From Eledone cirrhosa (taxonomy: Eukaryota), in contig OZ024743.1 of assembly GCA_964016885.1 (NCBI GenBank), positions 109,988,001-110,052,000 of the forward strand: 64,000 nt of DNA. Direction: 5' to 3'. The position numbers were made by a program, and so were the translations under genes. Below are positions 26,494-39,184 of the stretch, piece after piece. A model generated the notes under the pieces. It ran no database searches, had not been told where the DNA came from, and saw nothing but the letters and a program-made list of their open reading frames with translations. Within the stretch, counting starts at the first letter, position 1. The number at the start of each line of letters is the position of its first letter.

Positions 26494-27300
26494 CACGTAA
26501 TCCTGAGTGAGTCGTGAGTGCAGAGTTGTCAACATCTCATTCGGGTGGGTCTTGTCAGCAGCAATCGTTTCTAACTGATCCGGTTGGATCCCAGAGTTAG
26601 ATCCGCCGAGCTCTTGGTTGTTTTCCAACCATCTTTCTCGGGGTCAACACCAGGGCGTCCTGTGGGCTGGCTTGCCACTAGATTTTTCTATCGACTTTTT
26701 TCCTGAGACATTCTAACGCAAGTCCATATTAAAGGAACTGTGATCTCTCAATACAGAAAAGTAATCGCTCTACCTGGAGGGACTCTCTGATTTACGAGCT
26801 ACGCATTCTATTGAGTAACATTACTCCACGATGGATTTGAGGGAACACCATTTCGGCTGATTGTATTCCCGGTCGAATTCTTTCTGTCATTACCCAACAT
26901 TCATGGTCATAGGTACGTTTTGGCAGGGTTCCTGAATCGAAGATAGCGATTTTGGGCTTTTGCACCTACTTCCCTGCTTCTGATTGCCGAATGATGAAGC
27001 GAGGACTTCTGTCTCAGTTTTCGAAGCACTGATTTTCAATTTTCAATGCAACAATGTAGCACTTGCCATAACATCTATCTAGTGCAATTCGGAAATCACC
27101 CTATGTCGAGTTAATTGATAACATGTCGTCTGCAAATACTAGCCTACGTATTTCCTACCGGCCAGCCGTGACACAAATTCCAGCCGGGCTGAGCATGTCA
27201 ATCATATTTATGAAAATAATTGGAGAGGTAGAAATATGCACACTTGGTGGAGTCCGATTCACATAGTGAATGGTTTCTATTTAGCACCATTTATACTCAG
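26494..27300 (-). mobile_element. RTE-clade LINE 3' remnant
   Basis: Minus-strand translation gives LVFADD, TY.HECWVMTERIR..IQSAEM, RMRSS.IRESLQVE and RERWLE, typical of the RTE ORF C-terminus. Confidence 0.75.
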
Positions 27301-28116
27301 GCGTTCGTATAAAGAAAACATGGCAACAAGAAGTAGAACATAGATCCCATTCACCAGCAGAACCTTCCACAGCAGGTCCTGTTGGACGCAGCCATATGAC
27401 TAGAGTCTCCGAGAGATTAGTCATCGCATCAAAATACGCCTCGTGTACATTAGAATATACTGCTGTGATCGAGTTTCGGAGATGAGCAAAGTGTTCTCCC
27501 CAAATCAGAAGGATACAGATTTGTGTGGAGAGCAAAACACCAGAAGCATTTCTCATAGCATGTATGGTGGAGGAATCGTGTGCCAGAACACTATTTGTTG
27601 ATCTCTAGTCGGATTCCAGATTCACCTCCAAGCTCTCCCCTATCTTAACTTTGGAGGCATTTACTGTCCCTGCTGCTATTCTTCGTGCCTGATTGTATCG
27701 CAAGTGTAAGAGGGAGGGCTTAGGTAGAGGGACAGTAAAAACTGGCGATGGGCCAGCAACCTGTCCAGGAAGGAAGGGGATGGACGCACTAAGTTTGCGT
27801 GTCCCGAGATCCCAAACATGGTGCGAAAGGTAACACACCATGTCAATTGGAACCTGGAAGATATGGATTTGCTAAATTACTTAGTTCTTTTTCATAATAA
27901 TAATTAAATCAAATTTGATTTCGACTCAGGTTCACATGTTAACTTCCTAGCAACCAATTGTTTTACACAATTCATAATTTATTTCACTGTATATCCATCT
28001 GTTTTCGTATTAGTTTATTCCTCGATATACTAGTGATCGACTATATTTTTTTGCAGCATTCGATTAATATGTTATATTGCGGGCAAAATACACATATTTC
28101 GATTTGAGAAGGTATA

Positions 28117-28222
28117 TAATTTGTTCTATTGTTGGCTCAAGGCCAGCAATTAACCAGTACATTACTGGTATTTTATCGACCCCGTAAGGATCATAAAGGG
28201 ACGTAACTCTATGCTTCAAAGA
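28117..28222 (-). mobile_element. SINE copy with internal deletion
   Basis: caaggccagcaattaaccagtacattactggta...atcgaccccgtaaggat joined to aaagggacgtaact. Confidence 0.75.
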
Positions 28223-30503
28223 GTAGGTATATAATAATATTCAAACACAGTTTTCTATGGAACGTTGATTTTGCTTATATATTATAGAAGCAAAAATAAA
28301 TAAATAAAAAAAAATAAAAAAATAAAATAGCTTGACCATTTGATGGAAACATATGGTGTTTTTGTTTTCTGTCATGTTTATTGAATGTTCATTTCAACAT
28401 AATGAAATATAGTCTTTAGACAATATAGTTTAAGTATTGAATTAAAAATGTCCCATAATTTATGTTATAATACATATAGTGACCTGGTTCCAAATTACCT
28501 AGTATTGTGTCTTTATATTACAGAGCATTGTCGAACATGGAACACAATGTTACATGTTTACTCATTCTCCCATGTTTGAGAATCCACGGTAGAAAAAGTA
28601 TATCTGTAAAATCTGCACACACGCTTCTGATTTGAAATGTATTCATTAGCATATGTCTTATCACTGATATAACTATATTTATTGTTGAACTGTCTTATTC
28701 ATGGCGGTTTTATATCGAAAAATGTATAATGCTGATGAAATTAGTAACACACCTATCCATGATATACCAATATTAAAATATTAGGTTTTCTTTTGTAGTA
28801 AGATATCGAAGCTAATCAAATTAATTATAATTTCCCAAATCAATGTAAATATATCGTTAGATTTAATTAAAAAATCATGTTATGTTATTCCTGGTAAAAA
28901 AGGTAAAGGCAACAACAATAGAACAAACGAAATAGTAAACAAATTAATTACATTGTTACAAATATCTAAATAATTCTTCAGATATTAGTTAAAATGGCTC
29001 TCCTTTCTTTTAGTGTGTATTTTATTTGTTTCCGTTCAGAAAAAGCGATTCCAGTTTAAAAGGAAGTTCATAAAATATACAATAGTTGAAGCAAATAATT
29101 ATAGGAAATAAAACAGCCAGTTTGTTTACTGTTTAATAATGCATCCGAGTATGCTGCAAAACAAACGTCTGTCCCAGAGCGAATTAATAATAAATTAAAC
29201 GTCTCTTTTCAGAAGCATCTCGGGAATTTCTTACATCATTAAATCAAACATTGCGATCATTAAATGAGAAAACTGATATATTTCTTGAAGAGAATAATGT
29301 ATTTTCATAGTGTAATTAGTAAACCTAGCAACTATTATCATATTTTGGACCAATTAACTCTTTAACACAGACTATGCGTATATTTGTCTGTATCTATATT
29401 CACTTATCATCAATGCCAATATTTAATGTCTGATTTCTCTCCCTTACTTATTTTTTCATTCTCCCTCACCTATCCCTCTCTCTTTCTCAATATCTCTCCC
29501 GTTTCTCTGCGTCACACTTCCTTAAATTAGAGTGCATACGGATTCAATGGATGTGACCAAATGCATATATAAATCAATGGTGTTCCATCATCCTTAAGTC
29601 CTCTTATCGTACAATCTTCCCACCGATACTCACATTGGGAAAGCTATCTACTAACTAATCCCTTTTGCAGAAGGAGGAACGTGAAATACGTTATTGCGAT
29701 AAAGATCACAAAGCCCTGCTCAGTCCTGGAAATAGATCATGAGCTGAAAACCCTAAAACTATTTAACGTTGACACGTATTTCTCTACATTACAAGAGTAG
29801 TTATAATTAGATAATGTTATCACTTTATATTTGTTATCATGTATATTTCCATGAAATATTTTTGTCAGAAATGGGCTGAGCTCTTTACTAGCATGCAAAT
29901 AATTGTTATTCCAACAGGGTCAAACATATAAGACTAAACGTATAAGACAATTAAGATTCATTAAGATATCATTTAAAATCGTACAATGAAGTAGTACGCC
30001 TCAATATTATGTAACATATGGCTTTTGAATGAACGTGCAACGGCGTACATAAAGCTGAAATCATTGGGTGTAAATATCTATATTTGTTCGAGAGCATATT
30101 CGCAAATGTGGGTTTCAATGATGGTCAGCAATGGAGGGAAATCCTATATAGTAAGTTGTTCCGACGGTTACAATTCAGTAGAAGTGGACATTGCATGAAA
30201 TCATGTGTGTGGATTTGTGAAAATTGAGTGTAAATATCTCTTTTGAGAAAATACATTAGCGAATTCTACGCGATTGTCATCAAGGTAAATATATGTTTAG
30301 AGACAAAATTACCAAGCGTGGAAACATTGGTAGTAAGACAGTTTGCGGACAAACATTAAAGTAATGTACCACAGCTAAAGCAGGAAAAGCCTATGTTTAC
30401 ATAGGATAAAATAATTCATTTTCCACAGTTCTGGTCGTTTAAGAAAATTACATCCCTTCACCCTGAATATCATTTTTTATTCATGAGGCAAAGTATCAGC
30501 TAT

Positions 30504-30685
30504 AATTGTTTCTACGTTAGGCACAAGGCCAGCAAATTACCCAGTGCATTACTGGTACTTTATTTTATCGACCCCGTAAGGATGAAAGGCAAAGTTAACA
30601 TCGGCGGGATTTGAACTCAGATCGTAAAGGGACGTAACTATGCTGGAAAGCATGGCGTCCGACCCTCTACCGATACTGCCAATCC
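30504..30685 (-). mobile_element. tRNA-derived SINE, full length
   Basis: Same family as 15284 and 52840; complete from ggattggcagtatcggtag (minus) to the 3' tail. Confidence 0.88.
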
Positions 30686-31084
30686 ACATGTTCATAGTAA
30701 TGTACTGAGATGGATTAAAGAGGTTATATACCGACCCTATGCTAGGTAACCGCCTGTCAGGGGAACGTAATTATCATCACGTGAATGACATATATTTAAG
30801 CGTGAAGTATCACATAATTCCTGTATACAGTTTTACTCATTAGACAACTTTTCTCTCTTTCTATATATATATATATGTATGTATGTTTGTATGCATATAT
30901 CTATGTATATATGTATAACTGTATAGACCATTCGTTCCTGGTGAAATCAGGAGCTGAAATGACAAAAGGCGTCTCTTGTGCATTTGTATCCTGGGAGAGA
31001 CCATTTTTTTTCTGTGTGAACGCAGCCGATTTTTTCCAGTACTATCGAATGATCACAATGAGACATAGTTCTGATGTAGTTGAC

Positions 31085-31395
31085 TTTGTTGTATAGTATA
31101 CACCATTACTGAAAAGATGGGCTTTTCTGCTGTGTGTAATGATCTCTAAGTCATGGACGGTGGTATATGTATGCGATTTGGTTGGATTATACATATTAGA
31201 TACGTTGCGATCCAGATTCCGCAACGACGGTCTGACCCTATCGAGTCATAAAAGTAGTCACGACCCTGACCGTTTTGGAAAGGACCTAATAGCAACATTC
31301 AATGAGTTAGGACATAAAATCACCATAACCCAATTTTTGACTAGCTTCGATTATTTACACTTCAAATTAGACATTCGCGCGAACATGTTCAGAGG
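31085..31395 (+). mobile_element. Penelope-like element RT remnant (Naiad-type motifs)
   Basis: ORF 31139..31417 VCDLVGLYIL...FRNDGL...K.LI.TF.ELG.KITI...FDYL resembles PLE RT (EVCELVGLYIL, YRDDGL, GLKITI, VDFLD). Confidence 0.7.
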
Positions 31396-31559
31396 TTATG
31401 GAGTATCTGTTACGTAACTGGAAAGACGCGGGGCAACCATAAATCTTACTTAAAATAAACTGTCGAACGAAAATTGTTTCCTCAGTTTCATTTAAATTTG
31501 AGACAACTAAAATTTAAATGATGTTGTCACAGTTGTCATCTGGTGATACCAAAGGAACC

Positions 31560-32568
31560 TAGGCGTAGAGGAATGGCGTGTGAGGAGCTGTCATCAAAGT
31601 GAGAGTAGGAATGGAGTTTTGTGAGGAATTCCAGATATAAATAGGAGTGCATCAGAGTCTGGTCCTCAGCCCATTCTTATTCATTATAGTTCTCCAAACC
31701 ATAACTTACGAATGACTGTCCATGGGAGCTTCTCCATGCTGACGATCTGGTACATATAGCAAAATCCGTAAAGGAGCTAGACGATAAATTCTGACTATGG
31801 AAACAGCAGTTGGAATCAAGCGGACTGAGAGTGAACCTAACACAATGCAGATATTGGGTACACAAGAGGCGTAGTGGGATAGCAGGAAAACTAACAGGTA
31901 GGGAAAACTACATATACAGTAGATGTTCAGGGAAATTTGAAAGAAGAAGTAGCAGAGGTAGACACATTTTTCAAATGCAGGTAGGATCTATAGAGGTGGT
32001 TGATAGCTTTCAATACATAGGTGATCAGATTAGCAAGGGAGGAGGGTGCCCCGAGGCCATAGTATCTAGAATAAGGACGGGCTAGAAGAAGTTTAGGGAG
32101 CTGCTTCCTATGTTAACAAAGAAGAGTTTCTGTCTACGAATGAAAGACCGGTTATATGATGCCTGTGTGAGATGCGCAATGTTGCATGGCAGTGAAACAT
32201 GGGCAGAAACTGCGGAACATATGCGACTGCTGGAGATAAATAACGAAAGCATGCTCTGATGGATGTGCAATGTCAATGTGCGTGGAAGACCAAGCATAGA
32301 CGAGTTGAGTTTGAAACTGTGTATAAGAGTGATAAACAGTAGTGTGCGAGAGAGAAGACTGCGTTGGTATGGACATGTGATAGGCCAAGAAATCCAAGTG
32401 GAAGGAAAACGCAGCAGAGGAAGAGTAGAAAAATCATGGACAGGGGTGGTGAGAGCTGACCTCAGATTGCTGATGCTCACAGATGATGAATGGAGAGATG
32501 CTGCGCTGAAAAGGACCCATCGTACACTTGCAAAAAAGGAAAAGCGGATATAAAATGATGATGATGAT
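31560..32568 (+). mobile_element. RTE-clade LINE 3' remnant with (TGA)n tail
   Basis: GVHQ..VLSPFLFIIVL, CPWELLHADDL, GLRVN, MLHGSETW, RRLRWYGHV, RSRGR..KSW; ends atgatgatgatg. Confidence 0.85.
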
Positions 32569-33069
32569 TCTCTCCCTTGTCCGCAAAATATCACCGACTA
32601 TCGTGCAGAATACAGTGAGTTCATATACTCTGCCATTCTCACTGCAGCAATAAACATGTTCGATCTTAAAGAAAAGTTAACTTATATACACAAAGACTCA
32701 TGTTACCCAACCTACGGTCTTTAAAACCTTCGTTAAAGACACCTGTACTATGGCTTCAATGTTCTTTCTTTTAAAAAGGCCTGTTTCACAGAGCGGTACC
32801 TTACTATAACACTGCATTAGCCAACAGCCACTTCTCAAACAAAATGTCTTACTCCCCTCCTAATAATATAACCAGAAGAAAGAGAAAGAGAAAATACATT
32901 ATTTCTGTCAATCCTTCTTGCTCAGAGTTAGAACTAATGTACGCAGGAAATTGTTCGCACTCCTAGAAAAGCAATTGCCCATAGGCTACTGTTCTCTTTT
33001 CACCGCAGCCATTAACGGGTTTAAAATACGCGCGGTCCTAGATTATGGTTGGCTAATTTATTGTCGAAT

Positions 33070-33133
33070 TAACTCTCTTTCTCTCTCTAGCTCTTTCTCT
33101 CTCTTTCTCTCTCTCTATTCATATATATATATA

Positions 33134-33189
<56 letters not shown>

Positions 33190-33209
33190 ATATATATTAT
33201 ATATATATA

Positions 33210-33290
<81 letters not shown>
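33070..33290. repeat. (CT)n/(AT)n microsatellite
   Basis: Direct reading. Confidence 0.95.
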
Positions 33291-33513
33291 GTATTGCATT
33301 TCTTGACCTGTTATTTTTGTTTGAGTGGGTGTATTCGTATGTATGTGGGTGTATATTAGTTAGTTTCTGAATATATTTTTAAGTGCAGCTAATTTGTTTA
33401 CGTCTCAATTACGCTAGAAATATCATCTATCTTCTATTTTCTAACTGTTTTATATCATGATTACAGGACTGTGTTGTTCCGAAATAATCAAATGTTCCGA
33501 AATAATCAAATAC

Positions 33514-33695
<182 letters not shown>

Positions 33696-33809
33696 GTGTA
33701 CATACATTGTATATGAATGTATACATTACATATATAAACATACATTATATATTATGAGAACTCCATAGCGATAACCAGCTACTTTCGTTATATTCACTAT
33801 ACTAATGGA

Positions 33810-34105
33810 GTGGTTAAAACTATCCCAAAAGAGAGAACACATGAGCAGGAAATAGAAGGCAGCACTATGGAATGCATCCAGCAAAAACCTAACTGCCAGA
33901 GCATTAAATTAACAGTAGAATGCCACAATAAGCACCACAAACATAAAGACACAGAACTCTGGATGGACACTAGAAACAGAAAATTCCAACTCCTCCATTA
34001 CATGGCCTCTAAGTATCTCATCCACCTGAACTCAGATATGCCAGGTAGTGCTAATTTCAATATCTTTATAGCAGGCCTAATAAGCGTGATGGGAAATGTT
34101 TCCCA
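33810..34105 (+). mobile_element. Probable Penelope-like GIY-YIG endonuclease C-terminal remnant
   Basis: KERTHE and RNRK.QLL...(Y)M.....LNSD resemble the PLE GIY-YIG tail (R..EH; KR.LLES..I....LN.D). A second, inverted copy lies at 37870-38025. Confidence 0.45.
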
Positions 34106-35247
34106 CATGTGTGATCCAACAGTGTTCATGAGATATATACAACACTTCATCCAAGTAATCGATTATCGATCACCGCCTTTCGATTCCGGTAATAGCAACG
34201 AAAGACAAGGTACTGTGAAACAATACTGTAAGGAATAATACATTTCCACATTATTTATATTTTTCCTGCATATATTTGTATTATATATGCGTTCAAAATA
34301 TTATGTATTTCTCATGATATATGACTCTTTCTCTCTCACTCTAAATATATCTTTTGAATCTGAATTGTTAATGCTCTCAACTACGTTCCATTAAGCTTAT
34401 TTATAGAGAAGCACGGTGATTATACATATTAAATATATTTTGATACCTTAAATTTGTATATATGTATGCAAATTACCTGTACATAAAAAAGGCTTAGGAA
34501 AACAATGCTCAGTCTAACGAGAAAAGTTATTTAGCGTATATTCAGTTATATACACGGCATTAGGTTCGGAGTCTGATTATGGCAATCACTCTATAGTGGA
34601 AGATTCGTTCTAAAACTGGCATCTCTGGCAAAGCGCAACGGCAAAATTAAACGTTACTGGATATAAAATTGTAATAGTTCGTTAAGAGTTCCACGCAGAA
34701 ATATGGGATAATTCCTGAATATTCTACTACGGCATATGTACAGAAATATGTGTGCAATTTAGTTTGAATCGATGTGTATGTATAATATGAGCGCAACGTA
34801 AGTTTAACAAATTTGTTTTTCAAACAAAAACCTTAAAGGAGCCCGTTACAATACAGATATAGTTCGTATATCGTGAACCGTCCATCTTAAAATGCCAAGG
34901 GAAATAAAGTCGTTTTGGTATAAAGAATAAAAATATTTTACACATATCTTTATATACAGATGTATACATAGATCGGAATAGTAATGCATGTGTCTTGCCT
35001 ATTGACTAATGTAATTTTGTAAGTTTTAAACATCTACTTAAAACATTTGTCGATAAAATGCCTAAACATTAATAGCTGAATTGTTTATCTGATGTCATGT
35101 ATAAAATGTGTGTGAGTTTTGGGAGATTTGTTATATGTGCATATTTGTGCGTGTATAGGTGACACAATGTAAGGACATCGAAGATATAGTAGGTTTGACG
35201 AGTGGCAATTTGGGGATCTAGATTTCCAGTCGGACTTGGTATGACCT

Positions 35248-35250
35248 ATA

Positions 35251-35345
<95 letters not shown>
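35248..35345. repeat. (AT)n microsatellite
   Basis: Direct reading. Confidence 0.95.
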
Positions 35346-35347
<2 letters not shown>

Positions 35348-35819
35348 CAATAAGCTAAACTCTGACTGGTAACCATCTCACTCAACAAACATTAGGTTAT
35401 ATGTTAGTATAAACCCAATTTAAGTGTTTCGGGTGCTAACTATATGTATTATGTGGAAAGCCAGTTGTATTAGTTTATGAGATATAATTAAAGTTAAAAT
35501 ATATCTCTCTTTCCAAACAATTGTTTCATTATAACTTTTCTACAAATTAGGAGAATGTTTCCAGTATATGTAGAAGCCTAACATATATTCATGTAAGAAT
35601 ATATTTAGATGGGCGCTTATAAATCATCTGTGGAAGCCCATTAACCTTTGATATAAGAACAAATTCTTACCGCAGTTAAAAATCCTGTCTGCTAAGCTGC
35701 ACCCTCACGCATCGAATGACCGCCAAATTTGAAATTCCAGCAGTTTTTGACTGAGGAAGTATTATAGCGTCACGAAGCGGGAAGGGGGACAACCAATACA
35801 CGAGAAAATAAAAAAATAA

Positions 35820-36206
35820 TATTCACGCGGGTTAATTAGTTTTTTCAAAAAACATTATCAATCCAACGTGTTAAGAACTCAATTGAAATTAAAAAAATAA
35901 ATGCATGCGTGTATTAATTACACACGCATATAGATATTTTCTTAGGCTAAAAACAGAATCGTACCCGAATAACAAACCGCTTTTCATAACCGTAGTAAAT
36001 ACGGAAAGTTACGCTTTAAAGGGCAATCAGGAATGTAAATCTGTGGTCGAATTAAGAGTAAAATATTAAATATACGTGGGTTAATTAGTTATTTCAAAAC
36101 TAATATCAATTCCACGTGTTAAGTACTCAATTAATTAAAAAAAATAAAAGTATGCAAGTAATTATTTACACAGGCATATATATATTTTCTTAGGCTAAAA
36201 ACAGAG
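35820..36206 (+). repeat. Diverged direct repeat, about 138-bp units at 35820-35958 and 36069-36206
   Basis: Both read cg(c/t)gggttaattagtt...acgtgttaag.actcaatt...tattttcttaggctaaaaacag. Confidence 0.8.
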
Positions 36207-37340
36207 AAGTGACAACCATATATATATATATATATATATATATGTAACAACACTCGCAGACAAGGCTTGGCAGCTGCGTGAAAATAACAAACAATTCGAC
36301 CTAAAATGGGATATAATAGCGTTTGCCCCCCCCCCCCCATACTCCCACGGACAGGAATTTTGTAAATTATGTAATATGGAATTATTTTGTATTATGAAAT
36401 CCAAAAACATTTTATTAAATAACAGAATAGAGCGATCTTTATACTGTAACCATCGCTTAAAATCTACATTTTCATATTACAAATACCATCAGGATTGAAC
36501 GCCTGTCTCCATCTCCGTTTGATTTTCAAAATACATATTAACATTCTCTATTAGTCTTAATTCTATTAACTCTTCTATTATTTACCATTTAATATAAACT
36601 GCTATAGATAAAATGAGATTTCTGATTTCTTAATTCAATTCCCTTATGCATATACCAGCTGGCTACTAGCATTAATGTTATTCAGTAGCAGTCGAAATCT
36701 CCATCTTCCTCAATTGACACTTTATAATTAATACTACTACACCAAATGACCAGCCCTGTCCACTGTTCAATTGGTCAAGTATAGATTAAAATAGGCACTC
36801 CCAAAAATTCTTATTTAGATAAAATCAACCATTTACTAATTGTATTCTCATTAGAAACCCTTTATATACTTGTTTAGCTGGTAATTGAATTATCATCTAT
36901 CATATACTCTCCCTTCTCTTCTTCCTCTATTACAACTAATATAAATACTTCAATTTTTCTGATTTTATCCAATTTATCCAAAATCTCTGAAGAAGTGACA
37001 ACTGATTATACATTTGCTATCGAATACTTGCTACCATTATATGATTACGCAAGCAGCGATACATAGGTATTCCGTCTGTTACAGAAACATATGTCAATAC
37101 CTAATAAATTCCTTCTTAAAAAAAGCACTTTCATTTTATATTCATCTTTTCTATATATATATACATATATATATATGAAAGACGTAAAATAAGAAAATTA
37201 TAAAAATTAACTTACTTACTAATATTTCACTCCAACTAATTAGTTTCTGAAAGGGAATAAACAAAGTTACTAAGACAAAACCTATATATTTGCGAGCATA
37301 GGTATGCATATGTATATATATGTTGGTAGATATACTAATT

Positions 37341-37343
<3 letters not shown>

Positions 37344-37411
<68 letters not shown>
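37344..37411. repeat. (AT)n microsatellite
   Basis: Direct reading. Confidence 0.97.
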
Positions 37412-37412
<1 letters not shown>

Positions 37413-37417
<5 letters not shown>

Positions 37418-37785
37418 CGTTTGGAGTTAGAAGGCCAGAACAATGCAGGTATGGATATAGAATATAAATGCAAATGCAAAAGATATCGCTGACAATTAGT
37501 ATTTTACTTTAAATTGATTTCAATATCCTTAAGTTTCGAGATAATATCTCTTCTTCAGAGGGAAGTAAAGTGGTTAATCCAGTGTTCAGCATGACTTGGC
37601 AAGCTAATTAGAACACTGGATTAACCCCTTTATTTCCCTCTGAAAAAGAGATATTATCTCGAAACTTAAGGATATTCAAATAAATTTAAGGTAAAAGAAT
37701 ATTTGTCAGCGATATCTTTTGCATTTGTATTTATATTCTATAACCATACCTGCATTGTTCTGGCCGTCTAACTCCAAACGTTTAT
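37413..37785. repeat. Long fold-back inverted repeat (175-bp arms, 23-nt spacer) with a hammerhead-like core in each arm
   Basis: Arms 37413-37587 and 37611-37785 are reverse complements with scattered mismatches. Core ccctCTGAAGAagagat-att-atctcGAAActtaagg on - at 37527-37562. Confidence 0.9.
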
Positions 37786-37821
37786 ACTTCACTACGCAAT
37801 GCTTCAAGTAAACTACTTATA

Positions 37822-37869
<48 letters not shown>

Positions 37870-37872
<3 letters not shown>

Positions 37873-38200
37873 TTTCCCATCACGCTTATTAGGCCTGCTA
37901 TAAAAATATTGAAATTACCACTACCTGGCATATCTGAGTTCAGGTGGATGAGATACTTAGAGGCCATGTAATAGGAATGGAGGAGTTGTAATTTTTTGTT
38001 TCTAGTGTCCATCCAGAGTTCTGTTGGGTGGGTGAGAAGGTGGACTCCCGGACTAGCAACTGCTAATTTTTGGCTGCCTTCTAGTCTTGGGTATTTATCT
38101 CTGCTTTTCAACACCTTGGATTGTGTCTATTATTATATTTTTTGTTGGATACATTTCGGAATACCTGATGATGTCACCGGACTCATGTTGAAAGGTTCAC
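37870..38200 (-). mobile_element. Second (inverted) copy of the probable Penelope GIY-YIG remnant, between (AT)n tracts
   Basis: ORF 37782..38114(-) shares TELWMDTRN.K.QLLH..YMASKYLIHLNSDMPGS.NFNIFIAGLISVMGN with 33810..34238. Confidence 0.55.
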
Positions 38201-38247
38201 AATATAATACATCTTTAAGGAATTACACCAGTCAAGCCTCCTGTCAT

Positions 38248-38293
<46 letters not shown>

Positions 38294-39093
38294 GTGTTCA
38301 GTATTGCGTTTCAGTGTTTTCATATTAGCATTTATGTTTTATCATCATATGTATGTGTATGTGTTTTCTGTAACTTAGCTGGCATAGGAATTTGGAAATA
38401 TACATACATATATTTGTTTTTGTAATTATGTAATATGTTGGGAAATTCTGTGAGGATAAGCAAATGGTATGATTTTTGCTTATTCCTCATTGTTTACTTT
38501 ATGTCCACAGATAACAAATTAATATTTGAGACAAGATGAAGAACACGAAGAATTTGTAAATGTACTTTCAATTTAACGCCTATCACACTTTTCAAAATAA
38601 TTAGATACATATAGCGAAGCTAAGATTTAGTGAACCAGATATGTATTGCCTTCATTTTTACCTCTTTATATACATATTTATCATGAACATGACTATTTTT
38701 ATATCAAACTAGAAATGATGTGGAAATCGCACGCTCAAAAGGACTTGTTTTATTGTTTTGCTTCCTGAAATAAGAGATAATATTGAATACAAACGTCTGA
38801 TAGACGCCTAAACATTATATTTTGGCAAATACTATTTTTCCCTGTGCGAATTTCATCGCAACCTTATACAGATAAACATTTCCTAACGGCAAATAAGCTT
38901 CTAAATATTTCTTTTTATCATTTTAATGCTTTTATTCAAGATAAACATAACATTAGTAATATGATTCTATGAGAACTGAGTCTCAGTGAAAAAAATATGT
39001 ATGTATTGTTTGCTAATAGTTTATGTTGTTTGTATAATCTTCAAAATGGAGCATGGAAGATGAATGTAGATAAGCTTAAAGCTTTTATTTCAG

Positions 39094-39184
39094 GATAAGA
39101 GAAAATGGAAAACGAAGATTACAAATACAGAAATTATCAAAAGTTGAACCATATAAAAACTATGATAAAACTGTGAAAACTAAG
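39094..39184 (+). other. Candidate internal exon of an unidentified transcript
   Basis: Acceptor ttttatttcag|, donor AAG|gtaagt; one frame open (IRENGKRRLQIQKLSKVEPYKNYDKTVKTK). No homology recognised. Confidence 0.3.

Noticed and set aside
27700-27830. Segment resembling a V-type SINE central domain (gcgatgggccagcaacctgtccagg)
   Set aside because: Single short match with no recognisable head or tail; too weak to call.
36500-37270. Pyrimidine-skewed tract possibly from an old Penelope element
   Set aside because: No convincing motif could be read by eye.
38160-38195. ctgatga-tgtc/gac...gaaa hammerhead-like motif
   Set aside because: Spacing between stem II and GAAA is broken and there is no stem I or III.
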